From: Schizosaccharomyces osmophilus
Lineage: Eukaryota
Direction of reading: 5' to 3'
Assembly (NCBI RefSeq): GCF_027921745.1
Contig: NC_079238.1
Span: 992,001 to 1,056,000, forward strand
Length of the DNA: 64,000 bases
Part shown: one piece after another, positions 23,533 to 37,356 of the stretch
Numbering within the stretch: position 1 is the stretch's first letter
How the letters are laid out: the number at the start of each line of letters is the position of its first letter
Translations under genes and position numbers: made by a program
The notes under the pieces: model-generated
Told to the model about the DNA's origin: nothing
Seen by the model: the letters and a program-made list of their open reading frames with translations, nothing else
Databases searched by the model: none

Positions 23533-26500
23533 TTAAAGCGAGAGGACAATATCTGCGTCTTTAAGTGAATCAATCATTTCCTGGTCGAAATACCTAGTAA
23601 TAGCCACATCCTCTGAAAGACCCTTTCTTCTGCGTGTCTTTACCAAAAAGTCCCTTGCTAATTCAGCTCCTCTAGCAGTTTCTAAAGGCCTAGGTTTAAT
23701 TGATTTATCCAATGGATCCCCAGGTACAATTTCCCAATGGTCAAACACTTGCTGACACATAGCTTGGCCTTGAGTGTGAACTCTCAAATCTGTTTCAAAC
23801 CCACAAGAATCAATAACAGGTATTAAAGCCTTAACTATATACAGAGGAGACCCTGGTCGGGGTACATCTTGTAGTACATGTCCACGACGGCGCATTAAAA
23901 GATCATAAATAACTGGTAAGCAGTCAGCAGGCGTATGTACTTCGATCGTATAGACAGGCTCCATCAGCCTTGGTGAGGCAGTTAAAAATGATGAGTAACA
24001 GACTCTTCGAGCCACAGGAATGATTTGACCTCCACCTCGATAAATTGGTTCCTGAGCTAAAACGGCATCCATAATTCGAAAGTTCGCATTACGGATAGTT
24101 TCATCGCACAAAGGTCCTTCTCTCGTTCCCCATTGAAATCCTTGTTTGATGAATTCTTTCACCTGACCCAGTGTCTTTTTGTTGACATCCATTTCCAGGG
24201 TATCGTCGCGCAATATGTTAGTACCCCGATCATCAGGTCCGAAAGCCCATACAGATCGAGATGCTAAGAGATCCCAATCATGTTCACGTTGGAAATATTC
24301 GCTAATACGTTTTTGAGGCCAGTTTATTTTCACATGACCGTTCTCGATATCGAATGCGATTCCTTTTTCTAAAGGTTCAACAATCATTGATAACCTATTT
24401 TTTCTATTTGGAGTCTCAGCAAAGCATTTCAAGCTCGAAACATCAACTACCGTCTCACAGAAACGAGCAACTGGATCGGAAACACGAATTTCTATTTCAG
24501 AATACAAAACCCGTAAATCGTACAAAAGGCAATCCATATACAGTTCAGCAGTTCCAAATATGGTATGTTCACCAGATTCTTCTACCTTTGTAATTGCAAG
24601 AGGGTAGCTCTTATTGATTTTTCTAAGTCCATCAAGCATTTTTGGTAATTCGGACGGATTATAAGGTTCCACTGCAACTTTAAAAACACTTTCTGACATG
24701 TGTGCAATCGGTCTAAATATGTATAAATCATCTTGAACTCCTTCCGATACAATTGTAGCCGTTTTGCTAATGGAATTATCTACTCCTGCCAAAAGGACAA
24801 GCATCCCAGCAGTTGCTTCTTCGATGGGCACGCGATATCTTCCACCGGGCAAACAGATTTCTTCAATATACGCTTTCGCCATATCCTCTTCGTCTTCAAT
24901 GGAATAATTTTCTCCCAAAACCTGAACTTTTTGTCCTTTTCTAACTTTTCCTGTATAAATACGCGCGAGAGCATAAAAATTGCTTGCATCAACAGTATTA
25001 TACAGCTTCGTGACATGAGCAATCATGGTTGATTCTTCACGATTCATAGTCGTTAAAGAATTACCAATCGATGAATTTAAAGGGCCTGTGTAATATTGAT
25101 TTGCTTTACGGTTAGCATTTTCTCGAGGGCAAGGGATATTTCGCACAATAGATTCAACCAAACCAGTCGGAAACCCAAAAAACGAAGCGCAAACAAGTTG
25201 CAAAAATGGTTTAGGTTCAAGTAAAAAGTCTTTTGGTTTCAAAAAAATATTCAAAGAACGTAATTGCCGTTTTAATTTCTCCTGTTCATCGGATATACTA
25301 AGTGTGTGAAGTTTATACAAAGGCTCTAAAATAAAGTACACAAAGCTCCTAATGCCAGTCGAAAGTTTAGTGAATTTTCTGGTTTCTTTATCATAATAAA
25401 TATCGCCCCACAACCGTTTTGAAAAATCATCAAGATCTATTTTTCCATTTTTGTCCATGTACAGTTTAGCGAAACTGGCAAGAGTAAAGCAATATCCCAA
25501 ATCAAACGAGGCGAAACAGACATTACCGAGTTCGGGAGAAACTCGGTGTTTGGAATCCATGCTAACTTGACAAATGCTGTCATTAACTTCATCTATAACA
25601 TGTCGTAACTTGTGATATGCATCATTGGGAGGAAGACGAAGTTCTAAAACAAGTCTATCCACTTTATTTAAAACTAATACAACTGGCATATCGTGAATGA
25701 TAGCATGTCGTATAGCTCTTGTGGTATTAATCATAACCTAACTCAATAGTTAGCTTGTACAGGAAACGGAATCAAAGACTTACCCCTTCGATAACATCAA
25801 CGACAATAACGACGCCATCAGCAACTGCCATTGGAGAAGCTATCTCATCGACAAAGTCAACATGACCTGGGGTATCTAGGCACTGGAACGCATAGGACTT
25901 TCCTTGTATATTTTGCACCGCTAGAGTCAATGGGGTACTCTTAATAGACATAACCCTTTGACGTTCAAGGTAGTGTGTATCGGTGTAGCGAAGAGACCTT
26001 CGCTTAGGTGATTTGGTGCCAGGGTGCGTGTAATATACGAGTAAGTCTAATAATGCGGTTTTGCCATGATGAAGATGACCAGCAATGATAAAGGTCCGCA
26101 CATCATCAGTCTGGCTTAAAAGATCGTATAAAAACCTAAAAAGTTGTTAATTGGAGAACTTTATAACTTCTACGTACTCTTTTTTATAGACCGTTTCCGG
26201 CACATTGCTCGTTTCGATAGCAACCCGTTTCTGACGAATTGGGTCAATAACGGGTTGTGTGAGTGGTTGAGTATCTTGTTCTTGCACGACAACATCAACC
26301 TCAGGGCCATAAACTTCTTCAGCACTAGGATAATACTGCTTGTCCTCATGCAGTACGACGGCATTTTGAGGTTCAGCGAGATTAAGCGCCATCTTTTCAA
26401 CGCGCTCAACATCTTCCAAGTCCTCTTCTTCCATTTCAGCTTCAAAGCTAGGCACTTGAGCAATCGAAGGACTGGGAACTTGAGGTATTTCATCCAGTTC

Positions 26501-26599
26501 CTCGTCTTCGTTTTCAGGCCCTATGTAATTGCCAAATCTGAAGGGTTAATAATCCATCAAAAACGGTTCTGCATACTCATCATATAAATCCTCGTCCAT
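23533..26599 (-). CDS. cwf10: U5 snRNP GTPase (Snu114/EFTUD2), 4 exons
   Basis: Exons 26599-26577, 26537-26178, 26135-25784, 25737-23533. MDEDLYDEFGNYIG start; GHLHHGKT, DTPGH and NKVD motifs. Confidence 0.96.
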
Positions 26600-27025
26600 T
26601 TTCTACTCTTTGCCTTTCCTACAAAGGACAGTATAGATGGTAAGTACCTAGTCAATAAAATAGAGACACCTAGCGATTTCATAATCAAATTTTACTACAG
26701 CATATCGATATCAGTATTCGGTTTTCCCTAGTACGCTGGGCTACTTTAATAAACATGTTTATTTTGAAGCATTCAGCTACAAGAATCTGTAAAAAGGAAC
26801 CTTTTCAACTTTTCTTTTTGCTTCTGAGTTTCATTTTTCATTGGAAAATCTCAAAGTATATAGTTTTTTCAACGAGTTTTCTTTCAATGCACCCTTTAGT
26901 GTATTTCGCTGGGATTCTTTAAACAGTTATATTCTTAAGTATATTTGTACGAATCTCGATTCCATTTCTACTCAAAGCCAACTACAAAGAAGCCATAGGT
27001 TTTAGTTAGTATTTAAGAAATCATA

Positions 27026-28382
<1,357 letters not shown>

Positions 28383-29071
28383 GCCTATCTTTACCACTGT
28401 TCTTTTATTCCCATCATACACTCTCAATTAGAACGATATTATCTGTCCTTAATATCCTAAAGGAGGATGAACCATTCATCCTGTATGGAATAACTCATTT
28501 ACTTTCGTTTGACTTGTCTTACTTGCTGAATCTTTCATTTAAAACGTCCTCGTTGAATTGGCTTTATCACTCTTTACTAATTTGAAATATAAACAAAAAG
28601 ATCTTACGCTCGCTGAAATAGAGGCATATTCTCGTCAGTTAATAAGGCATTGAAATACATTGCTTGTCATGCTTTTGCCAAAGTTCAACTTTCATTGTTG
28701 GATGTAAATGTTAATTAGCTTGATCGTTTAGAGTACTTCCAATTGCGAGTACTTCTTGAATGGAAATTCTTGTTAGTACAAATTTTCAATCTCACATTGT
28801 AATTCTTACATGCATTATGAACTTACTCCTTTCTCTTTCATCTCGTGTTTTATATTAAATTCATCAATCTATAGTATAGTGAGGATCGTAATAACTCACT
28901 ATCAGTAGACTAATTCCACCGAGAAAGAAGTCACGCTTTACTGATCACTAAGTTGACAAGACTCCTTTTATATACAGATCGGTTACCTTCTAGAAATTGA
29001 CCATTCAATCTTAAGCCAAATAACTCAGTTTGATTCTTGAATATATAGAACAAGCTTGGGTTGTAGGAAAA

Positions 29072-32000
29072 ATGGCATTTTGGACGACATCAGTGTGTCG
29101 TTCCATTCCTGGTATTTCCAAAAATATATTTGGAAATGGTCGATGCTTAGGCTCATTCTCTACAATTGGTAAAGGAATTGTTTCTAAAGTTACAACTCAA
29201 AAACGTCTTATTAGCGTTTCGGCGATAGCCCGCAATGAACTCAATAAAGAAAAGAACGTGCCTGATGCCAGTGCTTACCTTCGCTCTGGTCATGTGAAAG
29301 CTATTCAACATGAAAAAGTAAACAAAGTTATTGTCGTTGGCTCAGGTGGTATCTCCATCGGTCAAGCTGGTGAATTCGACTACTCTGGTGCTCAGGCCAT
29401 CAAGGCTCTTCGTGAAAGCTCTGTTCACACTATCTTGATTAATCCTAACATTGCTACTATTCAATCCTCTCATGAACTGGCTGATGAAATCTACTTCTTA
29501 CCTGTTACTGCTGACTACCTCTCGCATATTATTGAACGTGAACATCCTGACGGTATCTTGCTGACTTTCGGTGGACAAACCGCTTTGAACGTGGGTGTTC
29601 AATTGGATGACATGGGTGTTTTTGATCGTAACAATGTCAAGGTCTTGGGTACTCCTATCTCAACATTGAAAACCTCGGAAGATCGTGACCTCTTCTCTAA
29701 AGCATTGCATGAAATTGATATTCCCATTGCAGAATCTACAGCAGTCGATTCTGTCGATCAAGCTCTTCAAGCTGCTTCTAAGGTTGGGTACCCTGTCATT
29801 GTTCGTTCCGCCTACTCTCTTGGTGGTCTTGGTTCTGGTTTTGCCAATAACAAAGAGGAATTGCAATCTTTGGCTGCCAAATCTCTTTCCATGACTCCTC
29901 AAATTCTTGTTGAAAAGTCTTTGAAGGGCTGGAAAGAAGTTGAGTACGAAGTTGTTCGTGATGCAGCCAACAACTGTATTACTGTTTGCAACATGGAAAA
30001 CTTTGACCCTCTTGGTATCCACACTGGTGATTCCATGGTTGTTGCTCCTTCTCAAACTCTCTCCGATGAAGAGTATCACATGCTTCGTTCTGCTGCTATC
30101 AAGATCATTCGTCACTTGGGTGTTGTTGGCGAGTGCAATGTTCAGTATGCCTTAAGTCCTGACAGCTTGGAGTATCGTGTCATTGAAGTTAATGCTCGTC
30201 TCTCCCGTTCTTCTGCTTTGGCTTCTAAGGCTACCGGATACCCCTTAGCCTATACAGCCGCCAAGATTGCTTTAGGTCACACTCTTCCCGATTTAACCAA
30301 TGCCGTTACCAAGACTACTACTGCAAACTTTGAACCTTCTTTGGATTACGTTGTCACCAAGATCCCTCGTTGGGATTTGCGCAAATTCCAACACGTTAAC
30401 CGTGAAATCGGTTCTTCCATGAAGAGTGTCGGTGAAGTCATGGCTGTTGGTCGTACCTTTGAAGAATCTCTTCAAAAAGCCTTGCGTCAAGTCGATCCCT
30501 CATTTTTGGGTTTCATGGCCATGCCCTTTAAGGATTTGGACCATGCTCTTTCTGTTCCCACTGATCTTCGCTTCTTTGCTGTTGTTGAAGCCATGCTTAA
30601 TCAAAACTATTCCACTGATAGAATTCACGAGTTGACCAAGATTGACAAGTGGTTCTTGGGTAAACTTGAAAATATGGCTGAAGTGTACAAGGAGCTTCAA
30701 GAAATTGGTTCTTTATACGGATTGAATAAAGAAGTTTTAACTCGCGCTAAAAAGCACGGATTCTCTGATTACCAGATTTCCAAGCTCGTTGGTGCTACTG
30801 AATTGGAAGTTCGTGCTCGTAGAAAGCGTTATGACATTCATCCTTGGGTTAAGAAGATTGATACCTTGGCTGCTGAGTTCCCTGCCGACACCAACTACTT
30901 GTACACTACTTACAATGGATCTTCTCACGACGTTGATTTCAATGAGCACGGTACCATGGTTCTTGGATCCGGTGTCTATCGTATTGGTTCCAGTGTCGAA
31001 TTCGATTGGTGTGGTGTCTCCTGTGCTCGTACCTTGAGAGGACTTGGACGTAGCACTATCATGGTTAACTACAACCCTGAGACTGTCTCTACCGATTTTG
31101 ATGAATGTGAACGTTTGTACTTTGAAGAACTTTCCTATGAACGTGTTATGGATATTTACGAAATGGAAAACTCCAACGGTGTCGTTGTTAGCGTAGGTGG
31201 TCAACTTCCTCAAAATATTGCTTTGAGATTACAAGAGACCGGTGCTAATGTATATGGTACCGATCCTAAGATGATTGATTCTGCTGAAGATCGTCACAAG
31301 TTTGCTCAAATCCTTGACAAGGTTGGTGTTGATCAACCTGCTTGGAAAGAATTGACTTCCGTTGAAGAAGCTAGCGTGTTTGCCAACACTGTTGGATATC
31401 CTGTTCTTGTACGTCCTTCCTATGTTTTGTCTGGTGCTGCCATGAGTGTTATTCGTGATGAATCCAGTTTAAAAAACAAATTGGAGAATGCAGCTGCTGT
31501 TTCTCCCGATCATCCTGTTGTTATCACGAAGTTCATTGAAGGGGCTCGTGAACTCGACGTTGATGCTGTTGCTTCAAAGGGTCAGTTATTGGTTCATGCC
31601 GTCTCTGAACATGTCGAGAATGCTGGTGTTCATTCCGGTGATGCCACAATTGCTCTTCCTCCTTACTCTTTGAGCACGGATATTATGGATCGCTGCAAGG
31701 AAATTGCCAAGAAGGTTGCCAGTGCTTTCCACATTACTGGTCCTTACAACATGCAAATCATTTTGGCTGACAACGCTGAGACTGGCATTAGTGACTTGAA
31801 GGTTATTGAGTGTAACCTTCGTGCTTCCAGATCTTTCCCTTTCGTTTCAAAGGCTCTTGGTGTTAACTTCATTGACGTTGCTACCCGCGCCATTGTTGGA
31901 CAAAATGTTCCTGCACCTTGTGACTTGATGGCTATCCCTCGTGATTATGTATGCATCAAGGTTCCTCAATTCTCTTGGACTCGTTTGGCTGGTGCTGATC

Positions 32001-32542
32001 CATTCCTTGGAGTGGAAATGAGCTCCACTGGTGAAGTCGCCTGCTTTGGCAAAGATGTTAGAGAAGCTTATTGGGCCGCTCTTCAATCTGTTCAAAATTT
32101 CAAAATTCCTCTTCCTGGCCAAGGTATTTTAGTGGGAGGTGACCGTCCTGAATTAAAGGAAGTCGCTACTGATTTGCAAAAACTTGGTTACAAGCTTTAC
32201 ACTGCTGATAAGGAAGTTTCTAAGGAATTGAACCCCACAGAAACGGAAGTGATCGAGTTCCCTGTTGATGACAAGCGTGCTCTTCGTGCTGTCTTTGAGA
32301 AGTATAACGTTTCTTGTGTCTTCAATTTGGCTTCTGCTCGTGGTAAAGATATTTATGATAAAGACTATGTTATGCGCAGAAATGCCGTGGACTTTAACGT
32401 GACACTTATTAACGATCCTAACTGTGCCAAGTTGTTTGTCGACTCTCTTAAACAGAAGCTGCCAGAGGCTACTTCTGAACGAAAGGCCATACCTTCTGAA
32501 GTGAAGAGATGGAGTGATTGGATTGGTAGCCATGATCTCTAG
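29072..32542 (+). CDS. arg4: Arginine-specific carbamoyl-phosphate synthase large subunit (mitochondrial)
   Basis: IGQAGEFDYSG motif, two ATP-grasp domains, MGS domain and a basic N-terminal presequence. First ATG at 29072. Confidence 0.96.
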   Translation: MAFWTTSVCRSIPGISKNIFGNGRCLGSFSTIGKGIVSKVTTQKRLISVSAIARNELNKEKNVPDASAYLRSGHVKAIQHEKVNKVIVVGSGGISIGQAGEFDYSGAQAIKALRESSVHTILINPNIATIQSSHELADEIYFLPVTADYLSHIIEREHPDGILLTFGGQTALNVGVQLDDMGVFDRNNVKVLGTPISTLKTSEDRDLFSKALHEIDIPIAESTAVDSVDQALQAASKVGYPVIVRSAYSLGGLGSGFANNKEELQSLAAKSLSMTPQILVEKSLKGWKEVEYEVVRDAANNCITVCNMENFDPLGIHTGDSMVVAPSQTLSDEEYHMLRSAAIKIIRHLGVVGECNVQYALSPDSLEYRVIEVNARLSRSSALASKATGYPLAYTAAKIALGHTLPDLTNAVTKTTTANFEPSLDYVVTKIPRWDLRKFQHVNREIGSSMKSVGEVMAVGRTFEESLQKALRQVDPSFLGFMAMPFKDLDHALSVPTDLRFFAVVEAMLNQNYSTDRIHELTKIDKWFLGKLENMAEVYKELQEIGSLYGLNKEVLTRAKKHGFSDYQISKLVGATELEVRARRKRYDIHPWVKKIDTLAAEFPADTNYLYTTYNGSSHDVDFNEHGTMVLGSGVYRIGSSVEFDWCGVSCARTLRGLGRSTIMVNYNPETVSTDFDECERLYFEELSYERVMDIYEMENSNGVVVSVGGQLPQNIALRLQETGANVYGTDPKMIDSAEDRHKFAQILDKVGVDQPAWKELTSVEEASVFANTVGYPVLVRPSYVLSGAAMSVIRDESSLKNKLENAAAVSPDHPVVITKFIEGARELDVDAVASKGQLLVHAVSEHVENAGVHSGDATIALPPYSLSTDIMDRCKEIAKKVASAFHITGPYNMQIILADNAETGISDLKVIECNLRASRSFPFVSKALGVNFIDVATRAIVGQNVPAPCDLMAIPRDYVCIKVPQFSWTRLAGADPFLGVEMSSTGEVACFGKDVREAYWAALQSVQNFKIPLPGQGILVGGDRPELKEVATDLQKLGYKLYTADKEVSKELNPTETEVIEFPVDDKRALRAVFEKYNVSCVFNLASARGKDIYDKDYVMRRNAVDFNVTLINDPNCAKLFVDSLKQKLPEATSERKAIPSEVKRWSDWIGSHDL

Positions 32543-33189
32543 ATCAAAACGGATCGGTTTAAATGTTTTCAACTCAATAATAATTTTGACTATTCGGTAA
32601 TATGCTATGGTTGATTACATTTTGTATATCATGAACTATTTTTTGGTTTTTACTTGCACTTCAAGATGGTTCTGGAATTGTCTGTTTAAATGCCCTTCCA
32701 TGCTATCTGAAAAATAGTTGGAAGGTGGTTTTTGGTGGTGTTTTAGATAGCTACTTTTTTTGTTCCTATGGTTCTTTGGACAATTTTTTTCTTAAACCTA
32801 GATATTATAGCTCGCGAAGGGTTTCCTATCTATCGTATTGATTGTTTTTTGTTTTGTTTGGAATAAAATGTCTGTTGTTCTTAAATTGGTATTCGCCGTC
32901 AATTAACAGAGTAAAGAGGTTACTTTTTCGTTGTTGATGTCTTTTTACTCTTATACTGCTTTTCAAATTTTAGCTGCGTTTTTTAATAATGTGTTTGTTT
33001 ACACTATAAGGAACCATATTTATTATATACTTCAATTTATCATTCGTAATTCGGTAGGGCTCGTTTCGAGGTAGCTTATACTGGTTAGTTTTGCACTCCC
33101 CATGCAAGAATTGTTGACGCTTACAGGTTGCATAATTTATCCTTCTACCTATTATTTGGGAACACGACGCGAATCTCAAAATTGATAAA

Positions 33190-34965
33190 ATGGAAGCAAT
33201 TTCTGAGAAAGATGCACAAAAAATGAATGTAGAAACTCCAGAAGAGAAGACTGCAGTAGCTGAAGACAAAAAAGAAACACCAAATCAAGTTTCTGAAGAA
33301 AACCCAGAGGAATCAGAATCGAAGGAGGTTGAGGATGCTCAGGAAAAGAAAGAGGATGATTCTAAACCTCAGGAAGAAGCTGAAGTGGAACCTGAAGAAG
33401 CTCCTGAGCAAAATGGTACATCTACTGACAAAAAGGAATCAACGGCTGATGAGGAAGAACATAAAGAAAACGACCCCGCTGAAACAGCAGAGGATTCCAA
33501 ATCATCAGAGAATGAGCAAGAGAATTCCTCTGAAAATTTAAAAGAAGATGAATCAACCGAGATACAAAAGTCTGAAGATATTCCCAAGTCGGCAGCAAAA
33601 AATGGTGCAAAGCAAAAAGGTGGAGAAAAACCAAACGTAGAATATAAATCCGGTATGCGTGTATTAACTAAGCTTGCTGGTTTCCCCTGGTGGCCAAGTA
33701 TGATCATTACAGAAGACAAAATGACTTCTGTAGCTTTAAAGAGCAAACCTAAGCGCGCTGAAAACTACCACCCTGTAATTTTCTTCCCTAATAAAGAGTA
33801 TTTATGGGCCAGTCCTGATGCTTTATCTCCCTTAACAGAAGATGCCATTTCTGAATATCTTGAAAAGCCTAAACCCAAGACTGCTGGTTTAATTAAAGCT
33901 TATAAAGTCGCTCAGGCTACTAAGAGTTTAGACGATGTTTCTCCTCCTCCCTCTGACGTCGAAGAATCTGAAGAGGAATCTGAGGACGAAGGACAAGAAG
34001 AATCTGAAGCTTCTGTCGAAGAAGAAGAGGAAGAAGAAACGAAGCGGCCGAGTCGAGCCAGCGCTAGACGGGGAAATAATAAAGGTGCTAAAAAGTCTGT
34101 GTCCTTTGATCCTTCATTGGACGCTTCTAGTAAAAAGTCCTCTTCTACGGAAGCTGCATCACCTAGTGCTAAGAGAACTCGAGCTTCTCCTCGAAAAGGA
34201 TCCCAGCAGGTGAAGAAAGCGGATGCTCCTGCAAAGAAGAAGGCTAAAAAAAATGAAGAAAAGGATGAAGAGGAGGAGGAGGAAGAGGAGGAGAAAAAAG
34301 AAGAAGAAAAACCTGAAGTAAATGAGGAGGAAGCGGCTGAGCGTACTTTCAAATCCAGGGAACAATCTTTGTTGTTTCTTCGTCACAAATTGCAAGGTAG
34401 CCTTTTGGCACCAAATGCGGACTTGTCCAAGCAAAATTACGATATTATTCATGGATATCTTGAAAAGCTTTCTACATTTCAGGGATTGGATGCTACGCTA
34501 GTCCAGAAGACTAAAATTGCGGTTGTTGTGAAGAAAATTTGTACTTTGACGGATTTCCCCGCTGATCAAGAAGAACCTGTAAAGAAGATTTGTCATGAAC
34601 TTCTTGAGGAAAAATGGAAACCCATCATGCAAGCCATATCTCAGCAAAAGCAATCGCCTGGCGAATCCAAATCTGAGACACCAGAACCAGCAGCTGAACA
34701 AGCTGAGGAAACAAAATCGGTTGAAAACACCGATACGGAAGAAAAGAAGGAAGAGACGGAAGAATCGAAGGAGCCTTCCCAAGTTCTAAGTGAAAAGAGG
34801 GAAAGTGAGCCCGAATCGAAAGAAGAGTCAGAACCAGAAGCCTCGGAATCAAAAGATACACCCATGACGGATGCTTCACCTTCTACGGAAGCACCTTCGA
34901 CTGAAGCATCCGCTCCAACTGATTCTCAAAAGCCGACCGAGGAACAGAAAGAGCCTTCAGTTTAA
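33190..34965 (+). CDS. pdp2: PWWP-domain chromatin protein
   Basis: KLAGFPWWPS motif with acidic low-complexity flanks; syntenic position. Confidence 0.85.
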   Translation: MEAISEKDAQKMNVETPEEKTAVAEDKKETPNQVSEENPEESESKEVEDAQEKKEDDSKPQEEAEVEPEEAPEQNGTSTDKKESTADEEEHKENDPAETAEDSKSSENEQENSSENLKEDESTEIQKSEDIPKSAAKNGAKQKGGEKPNVEYKSGMRVLTKLAGFPWWPSMIITEDKMTSVALKSKPKRAENYHPVIFFPNKEYLWASPDALSPLTEDAISEYLEKPKPKTAGLIKAYKVAQATKSLDDVSPPPSDVEESEEESEDEGQEESEASVEEEEEEETKRPSRASARRGNNKGAKKSVSFDPSLDASSKKSSSTEAASPSAKRTRASPRKGSQQVKKADAPAKKKAKKNEEKDEEEEEEEEEKKEEEKPEVNEEEAAERTFKSREQSLLFLRHKLQGSLLAPNADLSKQNYDIIHGYLEKLSTFQGLDATLVQKTKIAVVVKKICTLTDFPADQEEPVKKICHELLEEKWKPIMQAISQQKQSPGESKSETPEPAAEQAEETKSVENTDTEEKKEETEESKEPSQVLSEKRESEPESKEESEPEASESKDTPMTDASPSTEAPSTEASAPTDSQKPTEEQKEPSV

Positions 34966-35347
34966 AAGGAACTAATACTATGTAAATTAGTCACAAATCC
35001 GGATGGCTTCATTGCTCGAATTGGTTTCTGGAAACAACATTTGTTTATTGAAATTTTTTGATGATTAGAAAAAATGAAATTTTGATGCTTTCGTGAATTG
35101 AATATAGTAGTAATAGTATACTTGCTTTTTAGGAAAAAACACGACCTTGTGAAAAGAACGTAGCAATTGTTTCATGATAAACTTATAGACATTGTAATAG
35201 AAGTGCTTGTCCTTACTTAAACTATTGCACTCCGTAAAAAGCGTGAAGATGGTAAAGAACTTTTTAATCCACGAGCCGAAAAGACTATGAAAATTGAATC
35301 CCATGGAGGAAACTAATTTTAGATTGAAAGAAGAAAACAAAGAAAGC

Positions 35348-35418
35348 AAATGAGAATGTTTTGATGTTTGACTTGTTAAAATGAGAATGTTTTGATGTTT
35401 GACTTGTTAAAATGAGAA
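35348..35418. repeat. Perfect 31-bp tandem duplication (2.3 copies)
   Basis: AAATGAGAATGTTTTGATGTTTGACTTGTTA at 35348-35378 and 35379-35409, plus 9 further matching bases. Confidence 0.95.
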
Positions 35419-35663
35419 AAACGAGAATTAAACAAGATTGTGAAACACAATGGAAACATTCCTCAAATGATTGAATAGAATTTTAATAAGGACTAAATAA
35501 TACGGAAAAGATGAAAGCATAGGAAAATTGTCTAAAGATTGCAATTTGAGAAAATTTTAAATGGCTTGTTTCACGTAACAATACACTTGCAAACAGCGAC
35601 TTGGCACGAGTAGCAATTATCAGTTGACGAAAAGCAAGAAAAACGAACAAAGAAGAAAAGAAA

Positions 35664-36334
35664 ATGGTTTCCTTTTGCTGTGAAGGTACAAATGATGAAT
35701 TATCCAAAGAAAGAAGGATAATGGGAAATTTTTGGAAGTGAAAAATTACTAACACGAGTTTTTCAATGTAGTTTGTCAAGATATTATCAAGAAGCCAAAA
35801 CTTGATCAACATCGTTCTCGTTGCCAAGGAGCATATTTTACTTGCATTGATTGCAATACGACTTTTCAAGGGACCGATTATCGTTCTCATTCGTCTTGCA
35901 TGACAGAGGCACAACGGTATCAGAAGGGTCTTTACCGTCCTACAAAGAAAGAATTGAAGAAGAAGAATCAGGAGAATGGAACTACCAACGGGAATGCTTC
36001 TACTGGCAAAGCCAAAGAAACACCAGAAGAATCCGAGAAGGAGCAAAGTTCTTCTCCTGCCAAAAAGCGTTCCACTTCTCCTGACGATTCTGGAGAAGAA
36101 AAAGGCAACAAGAAAAAGAAGTCGTCTTCCAAAGACAAAAAGACATCTCCGATCGAGCAGATGCTTACCTTGTGCGAAAAGGATGACAACGAGTCTCTTT
36201 ACAAGCTTGTGAAGAAACACAACAAAAACGCTTCCAAGGAGGAAACTTTGGAAGCCAAGGATGTTTTGAAGCAACTCAAGGTATCCAAAGGTGCCAATGG
36301 CGTTTACATGCTTAAGGCTGGATCTACAGATTAA
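35664..36334 (+). CDS. LYAR-type C2HC zinc-finger nucleolar protein
   Basis: Exons 35664-35685 and 35772-36334. Reads MVSFCCEVCQDIIKKPKLDQHRSRC...FTCIDC...HSSCMTEAQRYQ. Confidence 0.9.
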
Positions 36335-37356
36335 AGGAGCTACAAAAAGAAAACCAACCCATGGGAAGAAGCTTAGGTTTTTTTTCTTTTTTTATTTAGT
36401 AGATGATGCATTCAATTGGGTTGAGATATTGTTAAATATGGGATTCTAGGAAAACGATATAGAATGGATTAGAATAAAGGATTTTAGACACTTCACAAAG
36501 CCTGTAAAAGAAACGTTTCCTTTATATTCAATATCGCTCTTTGCATTTGCAATCCAGACAAGGAACTTGTTCACGGAAACAACTACACATTATCAAATAA
36601 AACAGAGCGAGTCAGGAAAACGAATGAGTAATAAAAGACGATTTCTTTTTTGGTTAACCTGCTACAACGGGAAAAAAAAGATACAACAGAAATAGCTTCA
36701 TCCTACGTGTTGAAAAAGATTGCAATACAATAGAAAAATTTTGGTCAAAAAAAATTCATTTTCGATTTATACATAATAAATAACATCAACAATGGACAAG
36801 ATATATAAATCATTTCTCTTAATCGTTAACAAAGTGTGAAGAACAGGGATATCATAAATACCTTCTTTTTTCCCTTCACTCATGAAATCCTCATGGATGT
36901 TCTGCTGACAGACCATCATAAAAAGACCAACAAGCTTTCTATTCATCTAAGGGGTTTAGTTCCAACAAGTCTCTTCTCCATTTATGATGATGATAATAAT
37001 AATATTCGATGCTTACGAAGGGTAAAACGAATGAGAAAAGCAACGGTAAGGGCAAAACATAAATGAAGTAAATCCTCTCAACAACCAAAAACTTTCGTAA
37101 GAATCCTACGACGGGTTGCAAGTAAAGAAATTGGACAAATTAACCATGGTTCAAGATTGAAGGAAATCAACATGCAACCTCGGATAACGGAAAAAGCAAA
37201 CAATAAAACACCAACCAAGCTTTATCAATCAAAACAAAAAACAAAAAAAGAAAAAGCGGTGGTGAAAAAACTGCTGCTCTTTCCAAATAGTCCGGGATGA
37301 GGAATTGTATCCTTTTCCACACACAAGAAAACAAAAGGGAACTATGGGGAAACCGT

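Noticed and set aside
35483..36274. 263-aa hydrophobic minus-strand ORF
   Set aside because: Antisense shadow of the Lys/Glu-rich LYAR homolog, with a non-ATG start.
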